From Parcubacteria group bacterium (lineage in GTDB: Bacteria > Patescibacteriota > Minisyncoccia > Phycocordibacterales > WO2-35-19): a stretch of 56,285 nt of DNA. The position numbers and the translations under genes were made by a program. Location: assembly GCA_012514175.1 (NCBI GenBank), contig JAAZAU010000001.1, forward strand, positions 1 to 56,285, read 5' to 3'. The notes beneath the pieces are model-generated. The model was not told the DNA's origin and did not search any database. It was given only the letters and a program-made list of their open reading frames with translations. Positions within the stretch are counted from its first letter, which is position 1. Each line of letters opens with the position of its first letter. Shown here one piece after another: positions 27,724 to 36,985 of the stretch.

Positions 27724-29844
27724 ATGACATCTAAAAAATTTGAAATTGAAATTGGTGGTGAGAAAATGGTAGCCGAATTTAATGATTTAGCAGAAAATGC
27801 TCATGGTTCGGTAATTTTGCGATGCGGTGACACGGTGGTGCTTGCCACCGCGGTGATTTCTAAAAACGAAAAAGATTCTAACTTTTTCCCTTTAACTGTT
27901 GAATACGAAGAGAGGTTTTATGCTACCGGTCAAATCTTAGGTTCTCGTTTTATAAGAAGAGAAGGTAGACCTTCTGATGAAGCCATTCTCTCGGGCAGAA
28001 TTGTAGACAGAACCATTCGTCCACTTTTTGATCAGACTATACGCAATGAAGTCCAAGTGATAGTTACTGTGCTTTCGCTTGATAAATATGATCCAGATGT
28101 TTTGGGGGTTATTGCCTCTTCTTTAGCTTTAGGTATTTCTAAAATACCTTGGAACGGTCCAGTTTCAGCAGTAAGAATTGGCAAACTTAAAGGAAAAAAT
28201 GAATTTTTAATCAATCCTTCTTATGAAGCTAGAAATCTTTTAACTCCTGAAAAAAATACTAATGAGGAATATGAATTAGACCTTCTTGCTTGCGGTAAAG
28301 ATGGTGTGATAAATATGATTGAAGTGGCTTCCAATGAAGTTTCTGAGGAAGTTTTGATGAAGGCGCTTGATAAAGCTAAAGAAGAAATTGAAAAAATCCA
28401 AAAATTTCAAGAAACTATCATTAAAGAATTGGGAGTCGCCAAAATGGAAGTTAAAAAAGTGGAAATACCTACTGATTTGAAAGAAGCTTTTGAAAAAGTG
28501 GTAGTTACAAAAATTGATACGATTGTGGGTGAAGCTGGTAAAGACAAGATTTATGCGTTAGAAGAAGAATGGTTACAGTATTTAAATGAAAATATGCCAG
28601 AAGCTGATCAAAAGTTGGCCAAAGTGCTTTTTGATGAAGCGATAAATGATTTTATTCACAAAAAAGCCATTGAGGATGGTGTAAGGTTTGATGGCCGAGG
28701 TTTTGATGAATTGCGTCCACTTTATGCCAAAGCCGGAGGCGTTTCTTCTGTTCTTCATGGTTCGGGTATTTTCTATCGTGGTGGAACTCATATTTTTTCT
28801 GCTCTGACTCTTGGTGGCCCAAGTGATTCTCAAGTGATAAATGGTATGGAATCTCAGATTAATAAAAGATTTATGCATCATTATAATTTTCCACCATTTT
28901 CTTCTGGTGAAGTTGGTCGGGTGGGTGTGACTAACAGAAGAGCTACTGGTCATGGTGCTTTGGCAGAAAAAGCTTTGGTGCCTATTTTGCCAGACAAAGA
29001 AATTTTTCCTTATACTATTCGCATTGTTTCTGAAGCTCTGGCTTCAAACGGCTCTACTTCAATGGGTTCAGTTTGTGGTTCTACTTTAGCGCTTATGGAT
29101 GCTGGAGTGCCGATCAAAAGGCCAGTAGCTGGTATTGCTTCAGGTCTTATGATGTCTGGTGATAAATATAAAGTTCTCACTGATATTCAAGGTCCAGAAG
29201 ATGAACATGGCGATATGGATTTTAAAGTGGCGGGCACCAGAGAAGGTGTAACAGCCGTGCAAATGGATGTGAAAGTAAACGGTATTCCTTTACCTATTCT
29301 TAAAGAAGCCTTTGAAAAAGCCAAATTAGCACGAATAAAAATTTTGGATGTGATTGAAGCTGAAATTAAGGAACCAAGAAAAGAAATATCACCAAGAGCT
29401 CCAAGAATTATTTCTATGAAAATACGTCCAGATCAAATTGGAATGGTTATTGGTGGAGGTGGTAAAGTTATCAATGAAATTAAAGATAACACTGGAGTAG
29501 AAATTAATATTGAAGAAGATGGCACAATTTATATTACTGGTGAAGCGGAGGGTGCCAAAAAAGCCCAAGCGATTATTGAAAGCATTGTTAGAGAGTTTAA
29601 GGTGGGGGATAGAACTACGGGGGTTGTGACGAGAGTGGCTGATTTTGGAGTGATTGTAGAACTTGGACCGAAAACTGATGGTATGGTGCACATTTCAGAA
29701 ATGGCTAATTTCCGAATAGATAAAGTAGAAAATTATATAAAAGTAGGTATGAGTGTGCCGATACTTATTAAGGGTCTTGATGATAAGGGTCGTCTCAAAC
29801 TTTCTATTAAAGATGCTGATCCTAACTTTATTCAGAAAAAATAG
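27724..29844 (+). CDS. pnp: Polyribonucleotide nucleotidyltransferase
   Basis: FFPLTVEY, RIVDRTIRPLF, HHYNFPPFSSGE, SNGSTSM, GDMDFKVAG, KH and S1 domains. Confidence 0.97.
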   Translation: MTSKKFEIEIGGEKMVAEFNDLAENAHGSVILRCGDTVVLATAVISKNEKDSNFFPLTVEYEERFYATGQILGSRFIRREGRPSDEAILSGRIVDRTIRPLFDQTIRNEVQVIVTVLSLDKYDPDVLGVIASSLALGISKIPWNGPVSAVRIGKLKGKNEFLINPSYEARNLLTPEKNTNEEYELDLLACGKDGVINMIEVASNEVSEEVLMKALDKAKEEIEKIQKFQETIIKELGVAKMEVKKVEIPTDLKEAFEKVVVTKIDTIVGEAGKDKIYALEEEWLQYLNENMPEADQKLAKVLFDEAINDFIHKKAIEDGVRFDGRGFDELRPLYAKAGGVSSVLHGSGIFYRGGTHIFSALTLGGPSDSQVINGMESQINKRFMHHYNFPPFSSGEVGRVGVTNRRATGHGALAEKALVPILPDKEIFPYTIRIVSEALASNGSTSMGSVCGSTLALMDAGVPIKRPVAGIASGLMMSGDKYKVLTDIQGPEDEHGDMDFKVAGTREGVTAVQMDVKVNGIPLPILKEAFEKAKLARIKILDVIEAEIKEPRKEISPRAPRIISMKIRPDQIGMVIGGGGKVINEIKDNTGVEINIEEDGTIYITGEAEGAKKAQAIIESIVREFKVGDRTTGVVTRVADFGVIVELGPKTDGMVHISEMANFRIDKVENYIKVGMSVPILIKGLDDKGRLKLSIKDADPNFIQKK

Positions 29845-29896
29845 ATTACTTCATTATTTTTTAGTGTATAATTAGATTGAATTATTGTTTAATCTA

Positions 29897-31021
29897 ATGA
29901 GTGAAGAAAACACAAAAAACAATTCTAATAACTTTAAAAAAGTTGTAGAGAATTTACACAACAAAACTAAACTTCCTGCTCTACGCACCTATCAAGGTGA
30001 TATGGCTGAATTCATAAAAGAGAAAAACGAATCAGTTTTTTCTATTGCCGCTAAAGAAAAACTTAGAAAAGAAAATGAAGAAAAAGCAGAAAAAGAAAGA
30101 TTGAAAAAATTACAAGAAGAAACCGAAGCAGAGAAAAAACGAATAGAGGAGGAGAAAAAAAAGAAAAAAGAACAAAAAGCCAAAGAAAGAAAAGAGGTTG
30201 AGGAACACAAGATAGTTAAAGAAGTTAAGGAAGTCAAAGAGTCAGAAGTAATGTTTCCGCGACCAGAACCAAAATTACCGAAAAAGAACAATTTTAAGAC
30301 TAATTTAGTGGTTGGCGCAGTCAGTTTGTTGCTTATCGCAGGTGGAGTTTTTATCTCTCTTTACGTTTTTAGGTATGTAAATACTGAACCTGTGGTTAGT
30401 GTGCCGATTGATACGGAAATTATTCCTTACAATGACACTATTACCTTGACCGGTGTAACTAAGGAATCTTTAGATGAAGAAATTGCCAGGTTGTCAGCTA
30501 AAAGCGGAGTGAGTTTGGTAAAAATCATAAATAGTGATGGTTTACCATTTGAAAAGTCAATGGACTTTTTTAACGCTATGAAAATTCCGGTGCCGAGAAT
30601 TTTAGAAAGAACTTTGAGTGGTAAATATATGATAGGTATATTTTCTCAAAATGAAGAAATGTATCCTTTCATTTCATTATCTGTTAATGATTTTGGTAAT
30701 GCTTTTTCTGCTATGTTAGATTGGGAAAAAACTATTACTCAAGATTTATCTTTTTTGACAAAACAAATTCAAAATACGGTTCCGGTTGATCCTACTTCTA
30801 CTACAACTAACACTAATTCAAATCCAAATTCAAAATCAGATTCATTTGTTTGGCGAGATATAATTATCAAAAACAAAGATATTAGAGGCTTGGTTAATAA
30901 AAGAAATCAAGCTCAAATCGCCTATACTTTTTTGGATAAAAACACGGTTTTGATCTCTAACAATGTCTTTATTTTAGGTGATATTTCGGCTATTTATGTT
31001 TCTCGCTCAATTGTCAGATAA
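29897..31021 (+). CDS. Hypothetical single-TM protein with charged coiled-coil N-terminus
   Basis: LRTYQGD motif, K/E-rich stretch, one TM helix. Confidence 0.7.
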   Translation: MSEENTKNNSNNFKKVVENLHNKTKLPALRTYQGDMAEFIKEKNESVFSIAAKEKLRKENEEKAEKERLKKLQEETEAEKKRIEEEKKKKKEQKAKERKEVEEHKIVKEVKEVKESEVMFPRPEPKLPKKNNFKTNLVVGAVSLLLIAGGVFISLYVFRYVNTEPVVSVPIDTEIIPYNDTITLTGVTKESLDEEIARLSAKSGVSLVKIINSDGLPFEKSMDFFNAMKIPVPRILERTLSGKYMIGIFSQNEEMYPFISLSVNDFGNAFSAMLDWEKTITQDLSFLTKQIQNTVPVDPTSTTTNTNSNPNSKSDSFVWRDIIIKNKDIRGLVNKRNQAQIAYTFLDKNTVLISNNVFILGDISAIYVSRSIVR

Positions 31022-31045
31022 ATGGGTTATGATACAATTAAATAT

Positions 31046-31414
31046 ATGAGAGAAGATATAGATATAAATTATTTTAAAGAAAAATTAGAAGAAGATTTGC
31101 TCCAAATTGAAAGAGAGTTGGATGATGTTGGTCGTAAAAATCCAGATAATGAATTAGATTGGGAAGCCGAACCAGCTGATATGGATGTAAGTAGAGCGGA
31201 TCCAAACGAAGTGGCTGACAGTATTGAAGAATTTGAAGGCAACACAGCTGTTCTCAAAGAGCTTGAGATTAGATACAACGATATTAAAGATGCGCTTGAT
31301 AGAATTGAAAAAGGAAATTATGGTATTTGTGAAGTGTCGGGTGAACCCATAGAAGAGGACAGATTGATCGCTAACCCAGCTGCTCGCACTTGCAAGAAAC
31401 ATATGAATCAATAG
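31046..31414 (+). CDS. TraR/DksA family protein (alternative start 31022)
   Basis: ALDRIEKGNYGICEVSGEPIEEDRLIANPAARTC. Confidence 0.85.
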   Translation: MREDIDINYFKEKLEEDLLQIERELDDVGRKNPDNELDWEAEPADMDVSRADPNEVADSIEEFEGNTAVLKELEIRYNDIKDALDRIEKGNYGICEVSGEPIEEDRLIANPAARTCKKHMNQ

Positions 31415-31415
31415 A

Positions 31416-32954
31416 ATGAGTTACGCCAAAGTTCACAGTGCTCAAGCTAATCTTTTAAAACCTTATATTGTTGATGTTGAATCGGACCTTTCTAGAGGTC
31501 TGAATTCTTTTTCCATTGTTGGTTTGCCGGATAAAGCCGTTGAAGAAGCAAAAGACAGAATAAGCGCGGCTGTCAGAAATAGCGGTTTTGAATCTCCCAA
31601 AGCTAAGAATCATAAAATAATTATTTCTTTAGCGCCCGCTGAAGTTAAAAAAGAAGGTTCGGGTCTTGATGTTGCTATTGCACTTTCGTATTTGCTGGCC
31701 AGTGGGGATATTATTTTTGATGCTAAAGATAAAATATTTTTAGGAGAGCTTTCGCTTGACGGTTCTTTGCGTCCTGTTAAAGGTGCTCTAGCTTTTACCA
31801 GAAAAGCCAAAGAGGCGGGGTTTAAAGAAATTTTTTTGCCAATTCAAAATGCTCTAGAAGCTGCCTTAGTAGATGGTATGGTTATTTATGGAGCTGAAAC
31901 TTTGAAAGAAATAATAAATCATCTCTCTGGTGATACTGATTTAAACCAAAGACTAAAATCATTTAAAAACGAAAAAGCTACTAATTGGCGAGCGCAAGAA
32001 ATATCTTCCGATTTGGCTGATATCAAAGGTCAAGAAGCAGCAAAGAGAGCGCTTGAAATCGCAGCGGCTGGTGGTCACAACATTGCTCTTTATGGTCCAC
32101 CGGGCACCGGTAAAAGTATGCTCGCTAAAGCAATGCCTGGCATATTACCACCTCTTTCGTTTGATGAAGTTTTAGAAGTGACGGAAATACATTCTATGAC
32201 TGGCGCCTTAGGAGGCAATTTGGTGGCGGAAAGACCTTTTCGCAGCCCTCACCATACTGCTTCGCATGTAGCCATTATTGGCGGTGGTTCCAATCCTCGG
32301 CCGGGAGAAGTAACTTTAGCTCATAAAGGTGTCTTGTTTCTTGATGAATTTCCAGAATTTGAAAATAAAGCGATTGAATCTTTGCGCGAGCCACTTGAAG
32401 AAAGAGTGGTTTCGGTCTCTCGAGCTAAAGGCACAGTTAAATTCCCGGCGCATTTTATTTTAGTTGCCGCGATGAATCCTTGTCCTTGTGGTAATTTTGG
32501 TATAAAAGGGAAACCTTGCACTTGTAGTCCAATGCAGATTGAAAGATATAAAAGGAAAATTTCAGGACCTATTATTGATCGTATTGATATTTGGACCGAA
32601 GTTTCTAAAGTGGATCATGATAAACTGACTGAAAAAGCCGAAAAAAGCGAAAGCTTACCAGCAAGAGAAAGAATAATTAAAGCTCGTGGCATTCAAGCTA
32701 AAAGATTTCGTGATGTTGGGCGTAGAATTGCCACTAATTCTGAGATGAGCGCTCGTGATATTACTACAATTTTAAAAATTTCTGATGAGGTTAAAGAAAT
32801 TTTAAACAGATCGGCTCGCACTTTAGATTTGTCCGCTAGGAGTTATCATAAAATTATTAAACTAGCTCGCACTATTGCTGATTTAGATTCCGCTTTTGAA
32901 ATCTCTCCTTCCCATATTCTTGAAGCTATATCTTATCGTCCTAAACAAAAATAA
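31416..32954 (+). CDS. comM: YifB/ComM Mg-chelatase-like AAA+ ATPase
   Basis: IVGLPD, GELSLDG, GPPGTGKS, RSPHH, LFLDEFPE, AMNPCPCG. Confidence 0.92.
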   Translation: MSYAKVHSAQANLLKPYIVDVESDLSRGLNSFSIVGLPDKAVEEAKDRISAAVRNSGFESPKAKNHKIIISLAPAEVKKEGSGLDVAIALSYLLASGDIIFDAKDKIFLGELSLDGSLRPVKGALAFTRKAKEAGFKEIFLPIQNALEAALVDGMVIYGAETLKEIINHLSGDTDLNQRLKSFKNEKATNWRAQEISSDLADIKGQEAAKRALEIAAAGGHNIALYGPPGTGKSMLAKAMPGILPPLSFDEVLEVTEIHSMTGALGGNLVAERPFRSPHHTASHVAIIGGGSNPRPGEVTLAHKGVLFLDEFPEFENKAIESLREPLEERVVSVSRAKGTVKFPAHFILVAAMNPCPCGNFGIKGKPCTCSPMQIERYKRKISGPIIDRIDIWTEVSKVDHDKLTEKAEKSESLPARERIIKARGIQAKRFRDVGRRIATNSEMSARDITTILKISDEVKEILNRSARTLDLSARSYHKIIKLARTIADLDSAFEISPSHILEAISYRPKQK

Positions 32955-32955
32955 T

Positions 32956-33912
32956 ATGAAAAAAATTTACACAATAATACTGCTTTTGATTCTGATACTG
33001 CTAGCCGGGTTAGTTTTTCCGTGGCGCCAAGAAAGTCAAGAGGGGGGTAAAATTGAAAATCAAAAAGAAAGCAAAAAAGTTATAAAAAAAGATGACAAGG
33101 AGGCTAAAATTTTGTTTGTGGGAGATATGATGTTTGATAGATACATAAGACAAGTGGGGAACAACAAAGGCGAGGATTTTGTTTTTTCTTGCATTGGAGA
33201 TTTTTTGCGCGATTCCGATCTGGTAGTGGGTAATTTGGAAGGTCCAATTACTGAAAATGCTTCAATTAGTATGTTTACAACCCCGGGAGGAGAAGGTAAT
33301 TATACTTTCACTTTTCCTACCAATACAGCCAAATTATTAGCGAAGAATAATATAAGGCTGGTAAGTTTGGGCAATAACCACATTTATAATTTTGGTGAGG
33401 CGGGGGTTGCTTCAACTAAAAGATATTTGACAGAAGCGGGCGTTGATTATTTTGGTTTGCCGGCCAACAGAGAAAGTTTAGTCAGTCAAATTGAGATAAA
33501 GGGTAATAAAATTTCTTTTATAAACTATAACGAGTTTGGAAACATTGCCGTAAACGATGTAGTGCAAAAAATAGAAGAAGAAAAACAAAAAGACCGAATA
33601 ATAATAGTTTATACTCACTGGGGAGATGAATATGTGGCTCCACCACAAAGAGTTAAAAATATTGCTAAAAAATTTGCCGACAATGGAGCCGATTTTATTA
33701 TTGGTTCACATCCGCACGTAATTTTAGAAAGTGAAAATATTAATGGTGCGCCAGTTTATTATTCTCTAGGTAACTTTATTTTTGATCAATATTTTAATGA
33801 AGAGGTTTCTACTGGTTTGGTTTTGGAGCTGAATATAAAAAATGGAAAAATTAAAACTTTTGAACACAAAGTTTTAATTTCTCGTGATGGCAGAACCTGC
33901 TTAGCGGATTAA
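32956..33912 (+). CDS. CapA family metallophosphoesterase
   Basis: VGDMM, GNLEG, GNNH, HWGDEY, GSHPH, YSLGNFIFDQ; N-terminal anchor. Confidence 0.9.
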   Translation: MKKIYTIILLLILILLAGLVFPWRQESQEGGKIENQKESKKVIKKDDKEAKILFVGDMMFDRYIRQVGNNKGEDFVFSCIGDFLRDSDLVVGNLEGPITENASISMFTTPGGEGNYTFTFPTNTAKLLAKNNIRLVSLGNNHIYNFGEAGVASTKRYLTEAGVDYFGLPANRESLVSQIEIKGNKISFINYNEFGNIAVNDVVQKIEEEKQKDRIIIVYTHWGDEYVAPPQRVKNIAKKFADNGADFIIGSHPHVILESENINGAPVYYSLGNFIFDQYFNEEVSTGLVLELNIKNGKIKTFEHKVLISRDGRTCLAD

Positions 33913-33925
33913 TTTAAAATTATTT

Positions 33926-34351
33926 TGGTGGAGAAGGGGGCATTGAAGCCCCATGCAAACAAGTTTTGATAATGCTTCTACGTGATTTAGTTAATTTTAT
34001 CCACCTAGGTGGAGTTCAATGTTTATTCTATAAAATTAACAAAATAAACAAACATCTAGTTTCTTGATTTCAAAAATAAAACGAAACAATTTTTATTTTC
34101 TAAGTCCGAAGTTATTACAATTCCTTTCCTGAACAGACTTGAGGAGGGAACCGTCGCTTAGGCGAGAGTCTTGAAATTAAGCTCTAACGTAAGCGAAAGC
34201 AAAATCATTGACTCCAAAATATGGAGAAACAACTGACTTAGCTTTTGCAACTATATTTTTTGCATTTGTGTTTCGGAAACTTTTTTAGAGTTTTTCCAGC
34301 TCTATCACGCACATTGTCAAAGAATCTTATTTGTCTAAACCTTTCATCCCC
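33926..34351 (-). ncRNA. ssrA: tmRNA
   Basis: 5' GGGGATG and 3' CTTCTCC-ACCA with G3:U70; ATAGTT-GCA resume context; tag ORF 34248-34177; directly downstream of smpB. Confidence 0.9.
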
Positions 34352-34408
34352 GCCAAATTTATTTGTTAGCTGTGAAAAAGAAACAGGCAAACTTGGCGCG
34401 GACGATGT

Positions 34409-34846
34409 TTATTTTAAATTTCTGCGGAGTTCTCTTTCGGTATCTCTCTTTTTGATAGTTTCGCGCTTATCAAATTGTTTTTTACCGCGAACTACCGCAA
34501 TCTCTAATTTAACCTTCCTACCCTTATTATACACCGAAATAGGCACAATTGTCAACCCCTTTTGGCTCTCCATTTTAGTCAATTCGGCTATTTCTTTTTT
34601 AGTGATTAATAACCTGCGGTTTCGCAAAGAGTCGTATTCTTTTGGGGTATTTGCTGGTTGATAGGGTGGAATATGCATATTTATAACAAAAGCTTCGCCT
34701 CCACGCAGAGTGACATAACTACCCTCTAGAGAACCTTGGCCTTTTTTGAGGGATTTTACTTCAAAACCAAACAATTCAATACCAGCCTCTATTTTTTCTA
34801 GAATTTCATAATTAAAAAATATTTTTTTGTTTTGTATTAACGCCAT
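34409..34846 (-). CDS. smpB: SsrA-binding protein
   Basis: EAGIELFGFEVKSL, RRLLITKKEI, GKKQFDKRETIKKRD. Confidence 0.96.
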   Translation of the reverse strand: MALIQNKKIFFNYEILEKIEAGIELFGFEVKSLKKGQGSLEGSYVTLRGGEAFVINMHIPPYQPANTPKEYDSLRNRRLLITKKEIAELTKMESQKGLTIVPISVYNKGRKVKLEIAVVRGKKQFDKRETIKKRDTERELRRNLK

Positions 34847-34915
34847 TATGCAACTTGTTTAGTTTCGTAATTTTAGCATTTTTATGATATTATTGCCTTA
34901 TAATTTATAACCAAG

Positions 34916-36829
34916 ATGACAAAAACTAACAAAAAAGACAAGAACAAGAAAAAACCTGCCGGTAAGATGCCTCCTAATATCAAAGGTTCTTTTTTGGGTA
35001 ATTTTATAGCTAGTGTATTAATTTTATTCTTAACTATTTCTATTTATTCTTATCTTGGTGGTAGTAGGGTAAACGAAAAAATAAGTATTTCTGAATTAGC
35101 AAAGGCAGTAGAATTTGGAGATGTTAAGTCCATTACTGTTAAAAGCGGTTCCATTGAAGCGGTTTTTGTTGATGATACAACCAAAATTTCTACCAAAGAA
35201 GAAACTTCTGGTATAGAAGAAGTTTTGTCAGCTTATGGAGTTACCACCGAACAGTTAAGTAAAGTTGATATAAGTGTTGACCGAGAAGGGGGTTTTCTTT
35301 ATTGGCTTATCAGTCTTTCGCCAATACTTTTCCCAATACTTTTTATTGTAGTTTTTCTTTGGATTATGACTCGTCAAGTAAAAGGTGCTGGTATGCAAGC
35401 ATTTTCTTTTGGGCAATCTAGAGCGCGATTGACGGCGCCGGATGATCAAAAACAAAGAGTTACTTTCAAAGATGTGGCGGGTTGTAAAGAAGCTAAAGAA
35501 GAGCTTTCTGAAATTGTAGATTTTCTTAAAAATCCAAAGAAGTTTTTTGAAGTTGGAGCCAGGATTCCCAAAGGGATTTTACTTATGGGCGCCCCAGGCA
35601 CCGGTAAAACTCTTTTAGCTAGGGCAGTTGCCGGAGAAGCGGGTGTGGCTTTCTTTTCAATTTCTGGTTCAGAATTCGTAGAAATGTTTGTTGGAGTCGG
35701 AGCTTCTCGGGTGCGTGATTTGTTCCAAACAGCTAAAAAAGCAGCTCCAGCTATTATCTTTATGGATGAGATTGATGCGGTTGGTAGAGTGAGAGGTGGT
35801 GGTCTAGGTGGTGGCAATGATGAAAGAGAACAAACCTTAAACCAAATTTTAGTGGAAATGGATGGATTTGAACCAACGGAAAAAGTTGTTGTGATGGCTG
35901 CCACCAACCGTCCAGATGTTTTAGACCCAGCTCTTTTGCGTCCGGGTAGGTTTGACCGTAGAGTAACCATTGATTTACCAGATCGCTCAGATAGAGAAGA
36001 AATTTTGAAAATACACTCTAAATCCAAACCTTTTGCTGAAGATGTTGATTTGACAGTGGTGGCTGAAAGGACACCAGGTTTTTCTGGAGCAGATTTGTAT
36101 TCTCTTATGAATGAAGGCGCCATTTTAGCTGCGAGAGAGAATCGCACCAAGATTGCTCAATTTGATTTGATTCGTTCTATTGAAAAAGTTATGCTTGGTC
36201 CAGAACGTCGTAGTCATGTGCTTTCTAAAAAGGAAAAAGAAATTACTGCATACCATGAAGCGGGGCACGCTTTGGTGGCTAGTGTTTTGCCTTATACTGA
36301 TCCAGTTCATAAAATTTCAATTATTAGTCGCGGTAGAGCTGCTGGTTATACTTTGAAACTGCCAATAGAAGATAAAAAATTACAATCAAAGAATGAATTT
36401 TTGGATGATATCGCTATGTCTCTTGGGGGTTATGTGGCAGAAAAAATAATTTTTGGAGATTTAACTACTGGCCCATCAAACGATTTACAAGTGGCAACTG
36501 CTTTGGCTAGAGATATGGTGACTAAATATGGTATGTCTGAAAATGTGGGGCCGATGGCTCTTGAAGGTTCTAATGGTAAAACAATTTTTGGCCGAGGATT
36601 AAATGAAAAAGAATATTCAGAACAAGTTAGTTCGGTTATAGACAAAGAAGTCTCAAGAATAATGAAAGAGGCTCATGATAAAGCTGAAAAAATTATTAAC
36701 GAACACAGGCCACTTTTAGATACTATTGCTAAAAGACTTATAGAAAAAGAATCTATAGAACGTGATGAATTTGATTCTATACTTGTTGCAAATGGTATTC
36801 AGCCAAAAATAAGCGAAGCTTCGTCCTAG
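34916..36829 (+). CDS. ftsH: ATP-dependent zinc metalloprotease FtsH
   Basis: Two TM segments, [30 protein letters not shown]. Confidence 0.97.
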   Translation: MTKTNKKDKNKKKPAGKMPPNIKGSFLGNFIASVLILFLTISIYSYLGGSRVNEKISISELAKAVEFGDVKSITVKSGSIEAVFVDDTTKISTKEETSGIEEVLSAYGVTTEQLSKVDISVDREGGFLYWLISLSPILFPILFIVVFLWIMTRQVKGAGMQAFSFGQSRARLTAPDDQKQRVTFKDVAGCKEAKEELSEIVDFLKNPKKFFEVGARIPKGILLMGAPGTGKTLLARAVAGEAGVAFFSISGSEFVEMFVGVGASRVRDLFQTAKKAAPAIIFMDEIDAVGRVRGGGLGGGNDEREQTLNQILVEMDGFEPTEKVVVMAATNRPDVLDPALLRPGRFDRRVTIDLPDRSDREEILKIHSKSKPFAEDVDLTVVAERTPGFSGADLYSLMNEGAILAARENRTKIAQFDLIRSIEKVMLGPERRSHVLSKKEKEITAYHEAGHALVASVLPYTDPVHKISIISRGRAAGYTLKLPIEDKKLQSKNEFLDDIAMSLGGYVAEKIIFGDLTTGPSNDLQVATALARDMVTKYGMSENVGPMALEGSNGKTIFGRGLNEKEYSEQVSSVIDKEVSRIMKEAHDKAEKIINEHRPLLDTIAKRLIEKESIERDEFDSILVANGIQPKISEASS

Positions 36830-36866
36830 TTTTAAACTGCGGTGGTTTGTGATATATTTCCCCTAT

Positions 36867-36940
36867 GCGCGCGTAGCTCAGTTGGTAGTAGCACCGAGCT
36901 TATACCTCGGGGGTCGTAGGTTCAAATCCTACCGCGCGCA
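36867..36940 (+). tRNA. tRNA-Ile(TAT); CCA incompletely encoded (A-CC-T)
   Basis: GCGCGCG/CGCGCGC acceptor, CCGAG-CT-TAT-AC-CTCGG anticodon arm, GTAGG-TTCAAAT-CCTAC T arm. Confidence 0.9.
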
Positions 36941-36985
36941 CCTATTTATTCCTTAAAATGTGCCTGAAACAATGATGTTACACGC

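Noticed and set aside
31046-31414. DksA-like protein with only two Cys (CxxS...CxxH)
   Set aside because: Zinc-ligand variation is already known in the DksA/TraR family
34245-34661. 138-aa plus-strand ORF and other long antisense ORFs (6974-7513, 35446-36150, 37698-38147)
   Set aside because: Antisense shadows of well-supported genes (smpB/tmRNA, NYN, ftsH, recG)
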